Below are positions 25,561 to 35,267 of a DNA stretch of 64,000 bases, piece by piece. The stretch covers positions 7,353 to 71,352 of the forward strand of contig CAZTPC010000001.1 in the NCBI GenBank assembly GCA_964615565.1, given 5' to 3'. Within the stretch, counting starts at the first letter, position 1; the number at the start of each line of letters is the position of its first letter. The notes under the pieces are model-generated. The model saw only the letters and a program-made list of their open reading frames with translations, ran no database searches and had not been told where the DNA came from. Source of the stretch: an uncultured Candidatus Saccharibacteria bacterium. GTDB lineage: Bacteria; Patescibacteriota; Saccharimonadia; Saccharimonadales; AWTP1-31. Made by a program: the position numbers and the translations under genes.

Positions 25561-26766
25561 ATGGGGAAAACAAAAAAGTTAAAACGAAGTTTATCACTCC
25601 CGATCGTCGCTCTATATGGGCTGGGTAATATCCTTGGAGCAGGTATTTACGTGTTGGTTGGTAAGGTCGCGGCCAGTGCTGGTCATTCCACAACACTCGC
25701 ATTTATTATTGCCATGATCGTTGCCGGACTAACGGCATTCTCGTACATGGAGCTCGCCGGCCGTTTTCCGGTTAGCGCTAGTGTGTCAGTGTATCTACAC
25801 AAAGCCTTTGGCAAACGTTGGTTATCAGTCTTGATCGGCCTGGCCATGGTTGCTGGCGGTATTGCATCTGCAGCAGCACTGTCCCAAGGTTTTGCCGGAT
25901 ATGTAGAGGCGTTTGTGACTGTTCCAAAGGCTGTGGCTAGTGTCGCGTTGCTTATCGTCCTAGGGCTGCTAGCCATTAAGGGAGTGGGTGAATCTGCTAA
26001 GGTAGCCGGGTTCTTTACTCTGATTGAGATTACTGGTCTGCTGCTTATTATCTGGGCGGGCCGTCACGTAATTGGCACTGTTACCGTAAATGACGTGGTT
26101 GGTATTGATCCAGCTGTTGGGTTTAGTGGTGTCGCAGCAGGTGCATTCCTAGCGTTTTATGCGTTTATTGGGTTTGAGGACATGGTGAACGTCGCCGAAG
26201 AAGCCAAGAACCCGCGCCGAACCATGCCATTAGCTATTCTCTTTTCACTTATTGCGTCTACTATTCTGTACCTATTAGTCGTGATGGTTTCGACTAAGGT
26301 TGTGTCACCATCTGCGCTTGCTGGTAGTGATGCACCGTTAAGCCTGGTGTACGAGAAGAGTGGGGCAAGCCATGGGATAATCCTATCGGTCATTGGTATT
26401 ACTGCAGCAGTTAACGGTGTAGTTGTACAGATTATTATGGGATCCCGAATCTTGTATGGTCTTGCTAAGCAAGGTTGGCTCAAGGCTGAACTTGCCGAGG
26501 TTGATGGCCACACCAAAACACCAGTTATTGCCACGTTGGTTGTGGTTGGCTTGATGATTGCCGCGACTCTTCTGCTGCCACTTGTGTCACTTGCCAAGGC
26601 CACTAGCTTATTAATCCTCAGTATTTTTGCCATGGTCAACGCTGCGCTGTACGTGATCAAAAAGAAACACAAGAAGCACGATGGCTATGTAACGGTACCG
26701 CGAGCCATCCCAGCGCTTGGCGCACTATCTGCCACCGGCTTAGTGTTGTACCAAATAATCCAATAG
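25561..26766 (+). CDS. APC-family amino acid permease
   Basis: Twelve TM helices and APC N-terminal motifs (LSLPIVALYGLGNILGAGIYVLVG). Start taken at MGKTKK; the ORF opens at 25543. Confidence 0.85.
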   Translation: MGKTKKLKRSLSLPIVALYGLGNILGAGIYVLVGKVAASAGHSTTLAFIIAMIVAGLTAFSYMELAGRFPVSASVSVYLHKAFGKRWLSVLIGLAMVAGGIASAAALSQGFAGYVEAFVTVPKAVASVALLIVLGLLAIKGVGESAKVAGFFTLIEITGLLLIIWAGRHVIGTVTVNDVVGIDPAVGFSGVAAGAFLAFYAFIGFEDMVNVAEEAKNPRRTMPLAILFSLIASTILYLLVVMVSTKVVSPSALAGSDAPLSLVYEKSGASHGIILSVIGITAAVNGVVVQIIMGSRILYGLAKQGWLKAELAEVDGHTKTPVIATLVVVGLMIAATLLLPLVSLAKATSLLILSIFAMVNAALYVIKKKHKKHDGYVTVPRAIPALGALSATGLVLYQIIQ

Positions 26767-26988
26767 TTTTACAGGGTTAGCTGTTCGCGACCATTGACGA
26801 AAAGCAGTATAATATATGCAGGAGTTTTAACACGAACTCTGCCCGCAAGTTAGCATCAAGTGACTATGGCGAGCACCGAAACGGCCCTTGCCCAAATACG
26901 CAGTATGCATATAGAGCGCCCCTGATGTAGCTAAGCAATCGCAGACTAAGGCGATAAGTTACAGCGACCTACAGGAGGCGCTTTTAGA

Positions 26989-27294
26989 ATGGAAAAAATT
27001 GGTGAACGTGGCCGCATGATGCCACGAGTATTTGCAGTAGTTGCTTTAGGTCTAAGTGCACTAGCACTCACAGGTTGCCCTGGCGGTCAGACTACCGTGC
27101 CTACGACAGAACAAGTAACCGATAATATGAAGGTGTTTGAATACCCAGATGTACTGGCCGCAAACGGTGAACCTCTACGTTGTGTGCTATATGGCTCACA
27201 GAGTGAACACACAAATGTTTCAAAGTCGTGGTTTGGATTTAGTTGCGACTTTACTGGTGAGGCAACATTCCCTGGCGAAGTTGCCAGCAAGTAA
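26989..27294 (+). CDS. small lipoprotein (hypothetical)
   Basis: AGGAGG lies 10 nt upstream. The lipobox LALTGC follows a hydrophobic signal segment. Confidence 0.6.
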   Translation: MEKIGERGRMMPRVFAVVALGLSALALTGCPGGQTTVPTTEQVTDNMKVFEYPDVLAANGEPLRCVLYGSQSEHTNVSKSWFGFSCDFTGEATFPGEVASK

Positions 27295-27316
27295 CAAGTA
27301 GTAGTGGCGAATAGCG

Positions 27317-27346
27317 AACGGGCGCCCCAAAGGTGCCCGTTTTGTT
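27317..27346 (+). terminator. rho-independent terminator
   Basis: A 9-bp stem with one G-U pair (ACGGGCGCC ... GGTGCCCGT) is followed by TTTTGTTCTT, directly after the lipoprotein gene. Confidence 0.5.
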
Positions 27347-27405
27347 CTTCGTTGACATAAGCGGTATACTGTAGTTACTAGGTAAAAATAAAAATACAAA
27401 AAAAT

Positions 27406-27717
27406 ATGAGCCTACTATCAGATCTAGCTTTAGCCTATGAAACCTTAGCCGATGACCCCATTGATATGGGTATCCATTATGGTAAGTCTATACTCAAGGC
27501 CTTATCTGGCGCCCCAAAACAGGCAGAGGCAAAGCTTCGCAGTAGTCTACCAAAACCAGCAGTTCGCTCAAATATTGCTGTTCGCAGTCGAATGGTTTCT
27601 AGGTCTCAGCCCGTTGCCGAACGCCGAGACTTCTCGGCGGCATACAGTATTCGCCCACGCCAGAGTGAAGTAGTAACCCGACAATCCCAAGAGCGAGCCA
27701 TGGTCGGCGCCCTCTAG
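27406..27717 (+). CDS. hypothetical protein (103 aa)
   Basis: ORF preceded by an AT-rich promoter-like region. Confidence 0.45.
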   Translation: MSLLSDLALAYETLADDPIDMGIHYGKSILKALSGAPKQAEAKLRSSLPKPAVRSNIAVRSRMVSRSQPVAERRDFSAAYSIRPRQSEVVTRQSQERAMVGAL

Positions 27718-27755
27718 ACTATTGTAAAATACTCTAAAAGTTGTAGAATAATCTC

Positions 27756-28319
27756 ATGATTTTTCGTGGTGAAGGTGATCCATTTATGCTCGTTCCAGAG
27801 TCTCTGGATAATGTACGCGCGCTGGTGGTCCGACCCATGGAAACAGCAATGCAGGGCCTGCAGTATCTTGAACACTTTGGTTTAACCCATGAGCCCGATT
27901 GGGCTGCTCGGGTCCAGAAATCGCAGTGGTTTTGGCCAATGGTCGTAGGTCTTGGGTTCGGAGTGCGGATGTCGCTAGAGTTGCTAGAAGGTAATGCCCC
28001 AGACGCAGATATTAGTGGCGATTTTCGACTCTATGACGAACGCCTGAGCAAGTCAGATGGGTCTCACTTTGCCGGGTATGAACTCGCAGATATTGTGCCC
28101 AATGCACACCAGGTAGCAGGTCGGGTCTTTGACCCAAATGTCTTACGCGCAATCACATTATATGCCTTGCCACAGTTTAACTTTAGGCCAGAACACGAGC
28201 GAATGCTGCTAGCTTCTATGGTGCATGGACATGGTTGGGTACGAGAAGCTTTTGAGTTATGGGAATTTAATCATCCAGTAGAAACTGCAGAAAGAATAGC
28301 CACTCTTAATAACAGATAA
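27756..28319 (+). CDS. hypothetical protein (187 aa)
   Basis: ORF with no recognised motif. Confidence 0.5.
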   Translation: MIFRGEGDPFMLVPESLDNVRALVVRPMETAMQGLQYLEHFGLTHEPDWAARVQKSQWFWPMVVGLGFGVRMSLELLEGNAPDADISGDFRLYDERLSKSDGSHFAGYELADIVPNAHQVAGRVFDPNVLRAITLYALPQFNFRPEHERMLLASMVHGHGWVREAFELWEFNHPVETAERIATLNNR

Positions 28320-28377
28320 CTAATAGTGTTGGCAGCCTATCTGGACGTCTTAGGTCGTACTAAAGTACTATAAGCAT

Positions 28378-30183
28378 ATGCCAAATGAAGATTCATCAAG
28401 TGAAATCTCGCCAGACGAAGATCGGCCTAAGGATGGTCTACTAGATGCAGCCGAACATGATAATCCAGTAGAACATCCAACTAAAGAATCAGACGATGTA
28501 GACGAGATTAATACCGACCATGCCGTAGACGATATTGTCGAGAAAGAAGGCGATGAAGTTCTGGCGGCCGAAGATGCAGAAGTTGCGAAGGCCTTTAGTG
28601 ATAAGTCGGAATCGCTTAAAGAAAAAATACAGCGACTCTATCAGCAGTGGTGGGACAACAAAAGATTACGGTATGGTACTTTTGCAGGTCTTGGTGTTTT
28701 TGTGTTGCTCACAGGTCTAGTGCCGCCAAGCCGTTACTTTGTGCTTAATACTGTAGGTGTACGATCAAGAGCTTCGATTGTTGTCATGGATGATTCTACT
28801 GATCGTCCGCTCAAGAACGTAGAGGTTACCCTGGGCAAGCAGCAAGTAAAGACTGACTCTAAAGGTAAGGCAACTTTCTCTAAGGTGCGATTGGGCAGGC
28901 AACCGCTAAAGATAGAGAAGCGAGCTTTCGCTGCCACTACCAAATCGGTAACAATAGGATGGGGAAGTAACCCGCTCGGCAACTCCGAGATTAAGCCTGT
29001 TGGCGCGCAGTATACCTTTTACGCGACTGATTGGTTGAGCGGCAAGGCGGTCACGAGTGCCGAAGCCAGTAGCGGGGAGTTTGATGCCGTGTCCGACAAG
29101 GAGGGAAAGATTGTTCTGACAATCGATGCAAGTGACAATGAAGACCTAGACGTGACATTTCGCTCTAAGGATTACCGAGACGAAGTAGTTAAGCTCGACC
29201 TAAGTAATAAAGCGCAGCTAGACGTAAAGCTGGTTGCTAGGCGCAAAGAAGTATTTATTAGTAAGCGCTCAGGTAAATATGACCTATACAAAATTGATAT
29301 AGATGGCAAAAACGAGCAGCAAGTGCTCGCCGGTACCGGAAATGAAAACGAGAATATCACGCTGGTTTCTCACCCAACAGATGAAGAAGTGGCATTGATT
29401 TCCACAAGAGACAATGTTCGAAATAAAGACGGCTACCTACTAAGTACCCTAACGGTCATCGATCTTGATGACAATAGCACTGAAAGTGTTGTGCAGTCAG
29501 AGGAGATACGAATGCTTGGCTGGAGTGGTGATCGATTAGTGTTTGTACAGGTTGCGGCCGGAGCGAGTGCTGGTAATCCAAAGCGGCAACGTCTAGTAAG
29601 CTACGATTACAAGTCAAACGAAAAACTTGAGCTAGCCAGTAGTAATAACTTCAATGACACAACATTAATTGGTAATACTGTTTACTACGCACCAGGCAAC
29701 CTCTATAACACTACAGTGGCAAACCATTTTTACTCACAACGGGTAGACGGTGCGAATAAAACCCCACTATTGGATGGTGAGATCTGGAATATATTTAGAA
29801 CTTCATATGGTGAGTTGGTGCTATCAGGTAACGATGCTTGGTACAACTACACTGTTGGCGAATCAAAAGCTACTCGTCGATCTGGCGCGCCTAATAATCT
29901 ACAAGATCTTGCATTTATCAATAGCCCGGATAGCAAGAGCAGCATTTGGGTAGACGAGCGCGATGGCAAGAATACGCTGCTCTTACATAACGTCGAGGAT
30001 GACCAAGATAAAACTTTGAAGGCCCAGGCTGGATTAGTTAGTCCGATTAGGTGGCTTAATGGTAGTACATTGATTTATCGTATTCAGGCACCCAATGAAT
30101 CAGCTGATTACGCCATAAGCACTAATGGGGGAGATGCAAAGAAGATTAGAGATGTCACCCGTACCCAAGACATCTGGCGCTAA
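28378..30183 (+). CDS. membrane-anchored extracytosolic protein with carboxypeptidase-regulatory-like domains and TolB/PD40-like beta-propeller repeats
   Basis: Acidic N-terminus and one TM helix (YGTFAGLGVFVLLTGLV). CarboxypepD_reg-like segments (VVMDDSTDRPLKNVEVTLGKQQVKTDSKGKATF) and PD40-like repeats (SGKYDLYKIDIDGKNEQQVLAG) follow. Confidence 0.6.
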   Translation: MPNEDSSSEISPDEDRPKDGLLDAAEHDNPVEHPTKESDDVDEINTDHAVDDIVEKEGDEVLAAEDAEVAKAFSDKSESLKEKIQRLYQQWWDNKRLRYGTFAGLGVFVLLTGLVPPSRYFVLNTVGVRSRASIVVMDDSTDRPLKNVEVTLGKQQVKTDSKGKATFSKVRLGRQPLKIEKRAFAATTKSVTIGWGSNPLGNSEIKPVGAQYTFYATDWLSGKAVTSAEASSGEFDAVSDKEGKIVLTIDASDNEDLDVTFRSKDYRDEVVKLDLSNKAQLDVKLVARRKEVFISKRSGKYDLYKIDIDGKNEQQVLAGTGNENENITLVSHPTDEEVALISTRDNVRNKDGYLLSTLTVIDLDDNSTESVVQSEEIRMLGWSGDRLVFVQVAAGASAGNPKRQRLVSYDYKSNEKLELASSNNFNDTTLIGNTVYYAPGNLYNTTVANHFYSQRVDGANKTPLLDGEIWNIFRTSYGELVLSGNDAWYNYTVGESKATRRSGAPNNLQDLAFINSPDSKSSIWVDERDGKNTLLLHNVEDDQDKTLKAQAGLVSPIRWLNGSTLIYRIQAPNESADYAISTNGGDAKKIRDVTRTQDIWR

Positions 30184-30234
30184 AAGTCATCGGAGCTGTA
30201 CAGCCAACAGCTGCCTCAGTTATACTTAAGCAAT

Positions 30235-30495
30235 ATGGATAACGATTTTAATCCGTTTGATCTTAGCGCTGCTCCAAAAAAGCCGCTCGAAGAAAAACCA
30301 AAAGAACCTGAAGAGCCAAAACCTACCGTAAAAAGGGTGAGTATGGGTCCTATTTTTCATTCTCGGTTTATCAAGATCGTTGCTTTTATCTTAGGCATAG
30401 CCCTTAGTGGGCTAGTTGGATATGTAGGCATGAATTACTACCTCAACCAAAAACATGCCAAATCCGTTACGGTTACAGTATCAAGAGTCTCGTAA
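30235..30495 (+). CDS. small membrane protein (hypothetical, 86 aa)
   Basis: Pro/Lys-rich N-terminus and one TM helix. Confidence 0.45.
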   Translation: MDNDFNPFDLSAAPKKPLEEKPKEPEEPKPTVKRVSMGPIFHSRFIKIVAFILGIALSGLVGYVGMNYYLNQKHAKSVTVTVSRVS

Positions 30496-30497
30496 CT

Positions 30498-30776
30498 ATG
30501 AAGCATTCTCGAAAGCTTAAGGCCAAGAAGGGGAAATGGTTTGTAAAAATGCGGGGTAGCTACATACCTGGCAGCTGGCAGGGGTGGCTCACGTACGTTC
30601 CTTACGTCGTATTCTTGGGATATATCTTATTGCCATACGCACTGTGGCCGCTAATGTGCACTGCAACAGATCCCTGTACTCCTTTAGCCAACCAGTGGAC
30701 AGTTGTCTTAGTAAACCTAGTCGAAATCGGCTTGGCGGTTGGGCTCATGACATGGATAGCCAAAAAGAAGTCCTAA
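30498..30776 (+). CDS. small membrane protein (hypothetical, 92 aa)
   Basis: Two hydrophobic helices, tightly spaced after the previous ORF. Confidence 0.45.
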   Translation: MKHSRKLKAKKGKWFVKMRGSYIPGSWQGWLTYVPYVVFLGYILLPYALWPLMCTATDPCTPLANQWTVVLVNLVEIGLAVGLMTWIAKKKS

Positions 30777-30793
30777 TCTGCTAGCATTAAGTC

Positions 30794-31603
30794 GTGCAGA
30801 CAACAGAGTTCAGTGAAATAGTTTGGGACTTCTACGCCAAGCATGGTCGTGAGTTGCCATGGCGCACCCCAGAAGCAGACGGCACGTTTGATCCTTACAA
30901 GATCTTGGTTAGTGAGTTAATGCTACAACAGACACAGGTTAGTAGAGTTGTGACTAAGTACCATGAGTTCTTGCAGGCTTTCCCGACCATTACTGATCTG
31001 GCAAATGCTAGCCTTGGCGATGTTCTGAGGCAATGGAGCGGCCTTGGGTATAACAGACGCGCGAAGTTTTTATGGCAAGCAGCTGGCAAGATTGCCCAAG
31101 ATTTCAGCGGTGTCTTTCCTCGTACGCAAAAGGAGCTAACGAGCTTACCAGGAGTAGGCGTAAACACCGCAGGAGCAATCTGTGCGTATGCCTTTAATCA
31201 GCCTGTGGCTTTTGTTGAAACTAATATTCGCACTGTTTATATACATCACTTTTTTGTAGATCGAACCGATGTGCATGACAATGAGCTTACGCCTGTGATT
31301 GAGCAGACAGTAGATACCGAGAACCCCCGGGAATGGTACTGGGCATTGATGGACTACGGCAGCCACCTCAAGGCAACACTAGGGAACATATCTAGAAATA
31401 GTAAGCATCATACAAAACAATCAAAGTTCGAAGGTTCAAAACGACAGGTTAGGGGTGCGGTAATTCGGGCCCTTCGTGACTCAGCAAAGACCATGGCTGA
31501 GCTCAAAGCCGTGGTAGCCGATGACCGGCTTACAGAAGTACTTAGCGATTTAGCTCAAGAAGGGTTGATTGTTATCGATTCAAAGGGTTACCGACTGGCA
31601 TGA
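30794..31603 (+). CDS. HhH-GPD superfamily DNA glycosylase (MutY/Nth-like) without Fe-S cluster cysteines
   Basis: HhH-GPD motifs (LPWR, LMLQQTQV, helix-hairpin-helix LTSLPGVGVNTAGAICAYAF). No C-x6-C-x2-C-x5-C loop is present. The C-terminal 60 aa look winged-helix-like. Confidence 0.75.
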   Translation: MQTTEFSEIVWDFYAKHGRELPWRTPEADGTFDPYKILVSELMLQQTQVSRVVTKYHEFLQAFPTITDLANASLGDVLRQWSGLGYNRRAKFLWQAAGKIAQDFSGVFPRTQKELTSLPGVGVNTAGAICAYAFNQPVAFVETNIRTVYIHHFFVDRTDVHDNELTPVIEQTVDTENPREWYWALMDYGSHLKATLGNISRNSKHHTKQSKFEGSKRQVRGAVIRALRDSAKTMAELKAVVADDRLTEVLSDLAQEGLIVIDSKGYRLA

Positions 31604-31632
31604 CCCTGTGTTAGAATAAAGTCATAAGCAAT

Positions 31633-32340
31633 ATGAATTCTGTTAAAAGACTTACAAGTTTAAGTGCGGTTATTGTCCTCGTCGGGGCCGTTTTCTTGGT
31701 TACGCCAGTTGCCTTGGCTGCCGAGCAGAGCACCACTCAAACAACAACCACCACCAAAACTACCGAAAAGCCAGCTGCAAAGATTGCTGATCGCATTGCA
31801 AAGTACAAGACCAAACAAGAAGTTAAGCTGGCAGCTGCCGAAGAACTTAAGCTCAAGGGCGTATGCAAGGCAGCCCAGGTTAAGCTCAAGAAAGTGGATA
31901 CAGCCACGAGCGAAGCCAACACAGATCGAACAAAGACGTATGCTGGCATTACCAAACAAATAGACGGTATTATCACAAAACTTAAAGATGCTAGCGTCGA
32001 CACCAAAGAGCTCGAAGCTAACCAGAAAGCTCTAAAAGCTCTCATCCAGCAATACAACGACGATTACACGGTATTCAAGACAGACCTAACGGATGTATCA
32101 GAATTAGACTGCGTTACCGATCCGGTCGCTTTCAAATCTGCGCTACTTGTTGCAAGGGAAGACAGATTGACAGTTGTAAAAGACGCTACCGCAATTCGTG
32201 AGTACATCACGACAATTAAGCAAAGCCTGCTCACCGCTCGAATCTCATTGGCTGCTCGTGCTGATGCAAAAGATACTACCAAGAAAGATGCAACCGACAC
32301 AACGACTACTACAACAGATTCAACCGGAGACCCACAATAA
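31633..32340 (+). CDS. secreted Lys/Thr-rich coiled-coil protein (hypothetical)
   Basis: Signal peptide (VIVLVGAVFLVTPVALAA), a poly-Thr tract and K-rich helical repeats. Confidence 0.55.
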   Translation: MNSVKRLTSLSAVIVLVGAVFLVTPVALAAEQSTTQTTTTTKTTEKPAAKIADRIAKYKTKQEVKLAAAEELKLKGVCKAAQVKLKKVDTATSEANTDRTKTYAGITKQIDGIITKLKDASVDTKELEANQKALKALIQQYNDDYTVFKTDLTDVSELDCVTDPVAFKSALLVAREDRLTVVKDATAIREYITTIKQSLLTARISLAARADAKDTTKKDATDTTTTTTDSTGDPQ

Positions 32341-33191
32341 TGGATGACGTTCGACCTCCACGTAGGCCAATCACCCCCGGAGCAGACATTGCCGGCGTGC
32401 CACCACGCAAGCCGATGCCACCTATGCGACCACAAACCCCACACGTTGATCCGTCTGCAAGCGAAACTCCTCCACCTGCGCCAGAAACACCTGTTAGCCA
32501 GCCAATTAGGGTGCCAATTGTAGATCACGACAAACCGCCTGCTTTTGAGGCTCCAACTCTAGACGACCTTAAACTAGACGTACCTAGTGATATTGACGCA
32601 GTTATCGAAGGCCGCCCATCACAACCAGAAGACCCTACTCCGCCGCCAGCTGCAGGCCCAGTCGACCCAGAGGTACTTGCCAGCGTCACCGAAGATCTCT
32701 CAACTCTAGAACCCGAAGTAAGTTCTGAGATGCAGAACGAAGAGCCTAAAGATGAGTCATTGGATCTTCCAGCAACAACTGAATCTCCAGTAGCTGAATC
32801 TACTCAAGCTCCCGAACCTACTAGTGCAGGTTCTAGCTTGCTCGCCGAAATCGAAGCTCAAGAAAAATCTGACTCAGAGGGTCGAGTAACTGCTGCTCCA
32901 ACAACACAGCCACCCCGCAAAGGTCGCGGGCCGGCTATTTTGATCGCTGTTATCCTTGCATTAGCACTCATTGTTGGTGCTGGGTATGCATACCTACAGA
33001 ACAATAAGGAAACACCAAAGACTGTAAAGACTCCTGCGACTACACCCGCCAAGACAGTGACTAAAGACCCAGCAACAGTCGATGATGTCGATGCTGCAGC
33101 AAATGAAATTCAGGCAGCAATCGATAAGATCGATGAGACCAAGCAACTCCAAGAGTCTGATCTAACAGATACCAACCTCGGTATCCAGTAA
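32340..33191 (+). CDS. proline-rich membrane-anchored protein (hypothetical)
   Basis: Pro-rich, low-complexity N-terminal 190 aa and a single TM helix (AILIAVILALALIVGAGYAYL). Start overlaps the previous stop (TAATGG). Confidence 0.55.
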   Translation: MDDVRPPRRPITPGADIAGVPPRKPMPPMRPQTPHVDPSASETPPPAPETPVSQPIRVPIVDHDKPPAFEAPTLDDLKLDVPSDIDAVIEGRPSQPEDPTPPPAAGPVDPEVLASVTEDLSTLEPEVSSEMQNEEPKDESLDLPATTESPVAESTQAPEPTSAGSSLLAEIEAQEKSDSEGRVTAAPTTQPPRKGRGPAILIAVILALALIVGAGYAYLQNNKETPKTVKTPATTPAKTVTKDPATVDDVDAAANEIQAAIDKIDETKQLQESDLTDTNLGIQ

Positions 33192-33207
33192 ATAATAACT
33201 TCTAAAG

Positions 33208-33246
33208 AAAAAGTCTCTGCCTTTGGCCAGTCTAAGACTTTTTCTT
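33208..33246. terminator. bidirectional intrinsic terminator between convergent genes
   Basis: A 9-bp stem (AAAAAGTCT ... AGACTTTTT) has an A-tract on one side and a T-tract on the other, so it is a hairpin with a U-run on either strand. Confidence 0.45.
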
Positions 33247-34179
33247 GGCGGTTGTTTTCTTTTCGGTCTTGCTCTTTTTCTTACCGGCTGTAAGAGGAGA
33301 GAGTGGTAGCTCAATATCGTTCTCGACAAATGCAATACGGAGTCTCTTGATAAGTTCCGTTTTAACCTTCCACTGTGAGCCTGGGGTAGTTTCGCCGAGA
33401 ATTTTTATGATCAACCCCCGTTCGGCAAACTGTACTACCTGAGCGAAGTATGGCTTGCGCTTGATCTTGGAGCCCCACTTTTCATCGGCTGCGAGTTCTT
33501 CGCCAACCTTATTGATAACTAGCTCAAGCTTATCAAGATCGGTATCTTGGGCAACAGTGATGTCTTGGTTAATGCCACTTACACCAAATGTCATGTTGGT
33601 GCTTACTACAATACTACTATTTGGAACATGATGAATATTTCCGTCGAAATCTCGCAGGATGGTGGTACGAATGGTTATGGCTTGCACGATACCTTGCACG
33701 GTGTCGAACTGCACATAATCACCAACACGGTACTGGTTTTCCAGGATGATAAACAGCCCATTTGTAAAGTCTTTGATTAGCGATTGGGCGCCAATACCGA
33801 TTGCAATACCAGCGACACCTGCACTTGCTAGGAGTGGTGCAGTATTGATGCCGATCTCGTCAACAACCATGATAACGGCGATAGACCAGATGAGGATTTT
33901 GCTGAGGCCGTTTACCAGGCTATCCAGTGTGTCCAAACGTTTTTTGCGGTCGGTTTCACTGGCAAATGGATGGCTCCGAACGGCTCGCTTTAAGAGCCCC
34001 ATTAGGATTGCTACGCCAATGCGACGCAGGATCCAGGCACCAACTACGATAATCAGAACGTTAATGCCGTGGGTCTTTAGCCACGAGTGTGGCTGCGAAA
34101 ACAGTGTAATGGTTTTTGGGTCTACTAAGTCTGCCAGTAAATGCATATGTTTATATACTACTATACTTATTCCGCACAA
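33232..34179 (-). CDS. small-conductance mechanosensitive channel (MscS family)
   Basis: Three TM helices and the MscS beta-domain motif (VGDYVQFDTVQGIVQAITIRTTILRDFDGNIHHVPNS). Confidence 0.85.
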   Translation of the reverse strand: MCGISIVVYKHMHLLADLVDPKTITLFSQPHSWLKTHGINVLIIVVGAWILRRIGVAILMGLLKRAVRSHPFASETDRKKRLDTLDSLVNGLSKILIWSIAVIMVVDEIGINTAPLLASAGVAGIAIGIGAQSLIKDFTNGLFIILENQYRVGDYVQFDTVQGIVQAITIRTTILRDFDGNIHHVPNSSIVVSTNMTFGVSGINQDITVAQDTDLDKLELVINKVGEELAADEKWGSKIKRKPYFAQVVQFAERGLIIKILGETTPGSQWKVKTELIKRLRIAFVENDIELPLSPLTAGKKKSKTEKKTTAKKKS

Positions 34180-34196
34180 CTCCTTACAATCTCAGT

Positions 34197-34772
34197 ATGA
34201 TTAATCCAGACGCTCGGCCAAACACTGACCAGAGACGGTACAGTTTTGAGCTGGTACAGCCAGAGGAGATACCTGAAGTAGCTGCTTTCATGCAACCGGT
34301 ATACGCCGATACGTATCCAAACGAAGCAAGGGGAACGACGAAAGAAATGTTTGATGATCCATTGTTTCGGGAACATGTCGAAGAGTATCTTGGGGATCAA
34401 CTTGCTACTCCGGGAAGGAATTTATGGGTGGCTCGTGACGAACAAGGTATCGTCGGGAGTATCGGCCTAGAGGCTGATGCAGACCCAAGTAATCCAGAAA
34501 TATGGGGATTCTATGTGGATGTTGATAGGCAGGGCGAAGGAGTCGGCTCAGAACTTTGGGAACAGGTCATGTCTACTAAGCAATTAGCTGATGCTGATAA
34601 GGTTCATTTGAACGTGGCGGTTGACTCACCCCAGGCAGCGCATTTCTACGAAGATAAGGGTATGCAGAAAGTAGGCGAGCCATTTACTGTCCAATGGCCT
34701 CAATGGAAACAAGAGTACCGCGATGCTGGGTTAACAAATGAATATCAACGTATGGAGATGAACTTACGATGA
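34197..34772 (+). CDS. GNAT family N-acetyltransferase
   Basis: GNAT motif A region (IWGFYVDVDRQGEGVGSELW). Start taken at MINPD because the longer ORF would overlap the mscS start. Confidence 0.7.
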   Translation: MINPDARPNTDQRRYSFELVQPEEIPEVAAFMQPVYADTYPNEARGTTKEMFDDPLFREHVEEYLGDQLATPGRNLWVARDEQGIVGSIGLEADADPSNPEIWGFYVDVDRQGEGVGSELWEQVMSTKQLADADKVHLNVAVDSPQAAHFYEDKGMQKVGEPFTVQWPQWKQEYRDAGLTNEYQRMEMNLR

Positions 34773-35266
34773 ACGTAACGCTAATGAACGCAATTAGTAT
34801 TGATGGATTTATCGCCAAACCGGATGGTGATTCTGACTGGGTTAAGGACGACGAGCAGTTCGATGCCGCATTGGTAGATTTCGGATGTATCCTGATTGGC
34901 CATAGTACGTTTACGCAGTACGAGAATGATCTGTATCCAATTGCAGGCGCAACTACTTTTGTGTATACGCATGACAAAACTCTTACCAATACGGAAGGTG
35001 TGCAGTATGTTTTTGGCGAACCCAAAGATGTACTTGAGCAAATTCAAGCCGCTGGATTCGATAAAGTACTGCTTGGTGGAGGCGGTAAAGCTAACGCCAG
35101 TTTTGCAAAAGCAGGTCTGATAACAGATATGATTTTAGACGTGCATCCACTAGTTTTGGGCGATGGGATCCGTTTGTTGGGCGACTTTGACCGACAACTT
35201 AAACTTGAACTACAGAGCAAACAAGACTTTACAGACTTTGTGCAATTGCGGTATAACGTTCAGTAA
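34769..35266 (+). CDS. dihydrofolate reductase-like / RibD C-terminal domain family protein
   Basis: MNAISIDGFIAKPDGDSDW ... VLLGGGGKANASF ... matches the DHFR-family fold signature. Start overlaps the previous stop by 4 nt. Confidence 0.7.
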   Translation: MNVTLMNAISIDGFIAKPDGDSDWVKDDEQFDAALVDFGCILIGHSTFTQYENDLYPIAGATTFVYTHDKTLTNTEGVQYVFGEPKDVLEQIQAAGFDKVLLGGGGKANASFAKAGLITDMILDVHPLVLGDGIRLLGDFDRQLKLELQSKQDFTDFVQLRYNVQ

Positions 35267-35267
35267 T

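Noticed and set aside
26157-26672. 171-aa minus-strand ORF inside the APC permease gene
   Set aside because: Antisense to a 12-TM permease with clear motifs. Shadow ORF.
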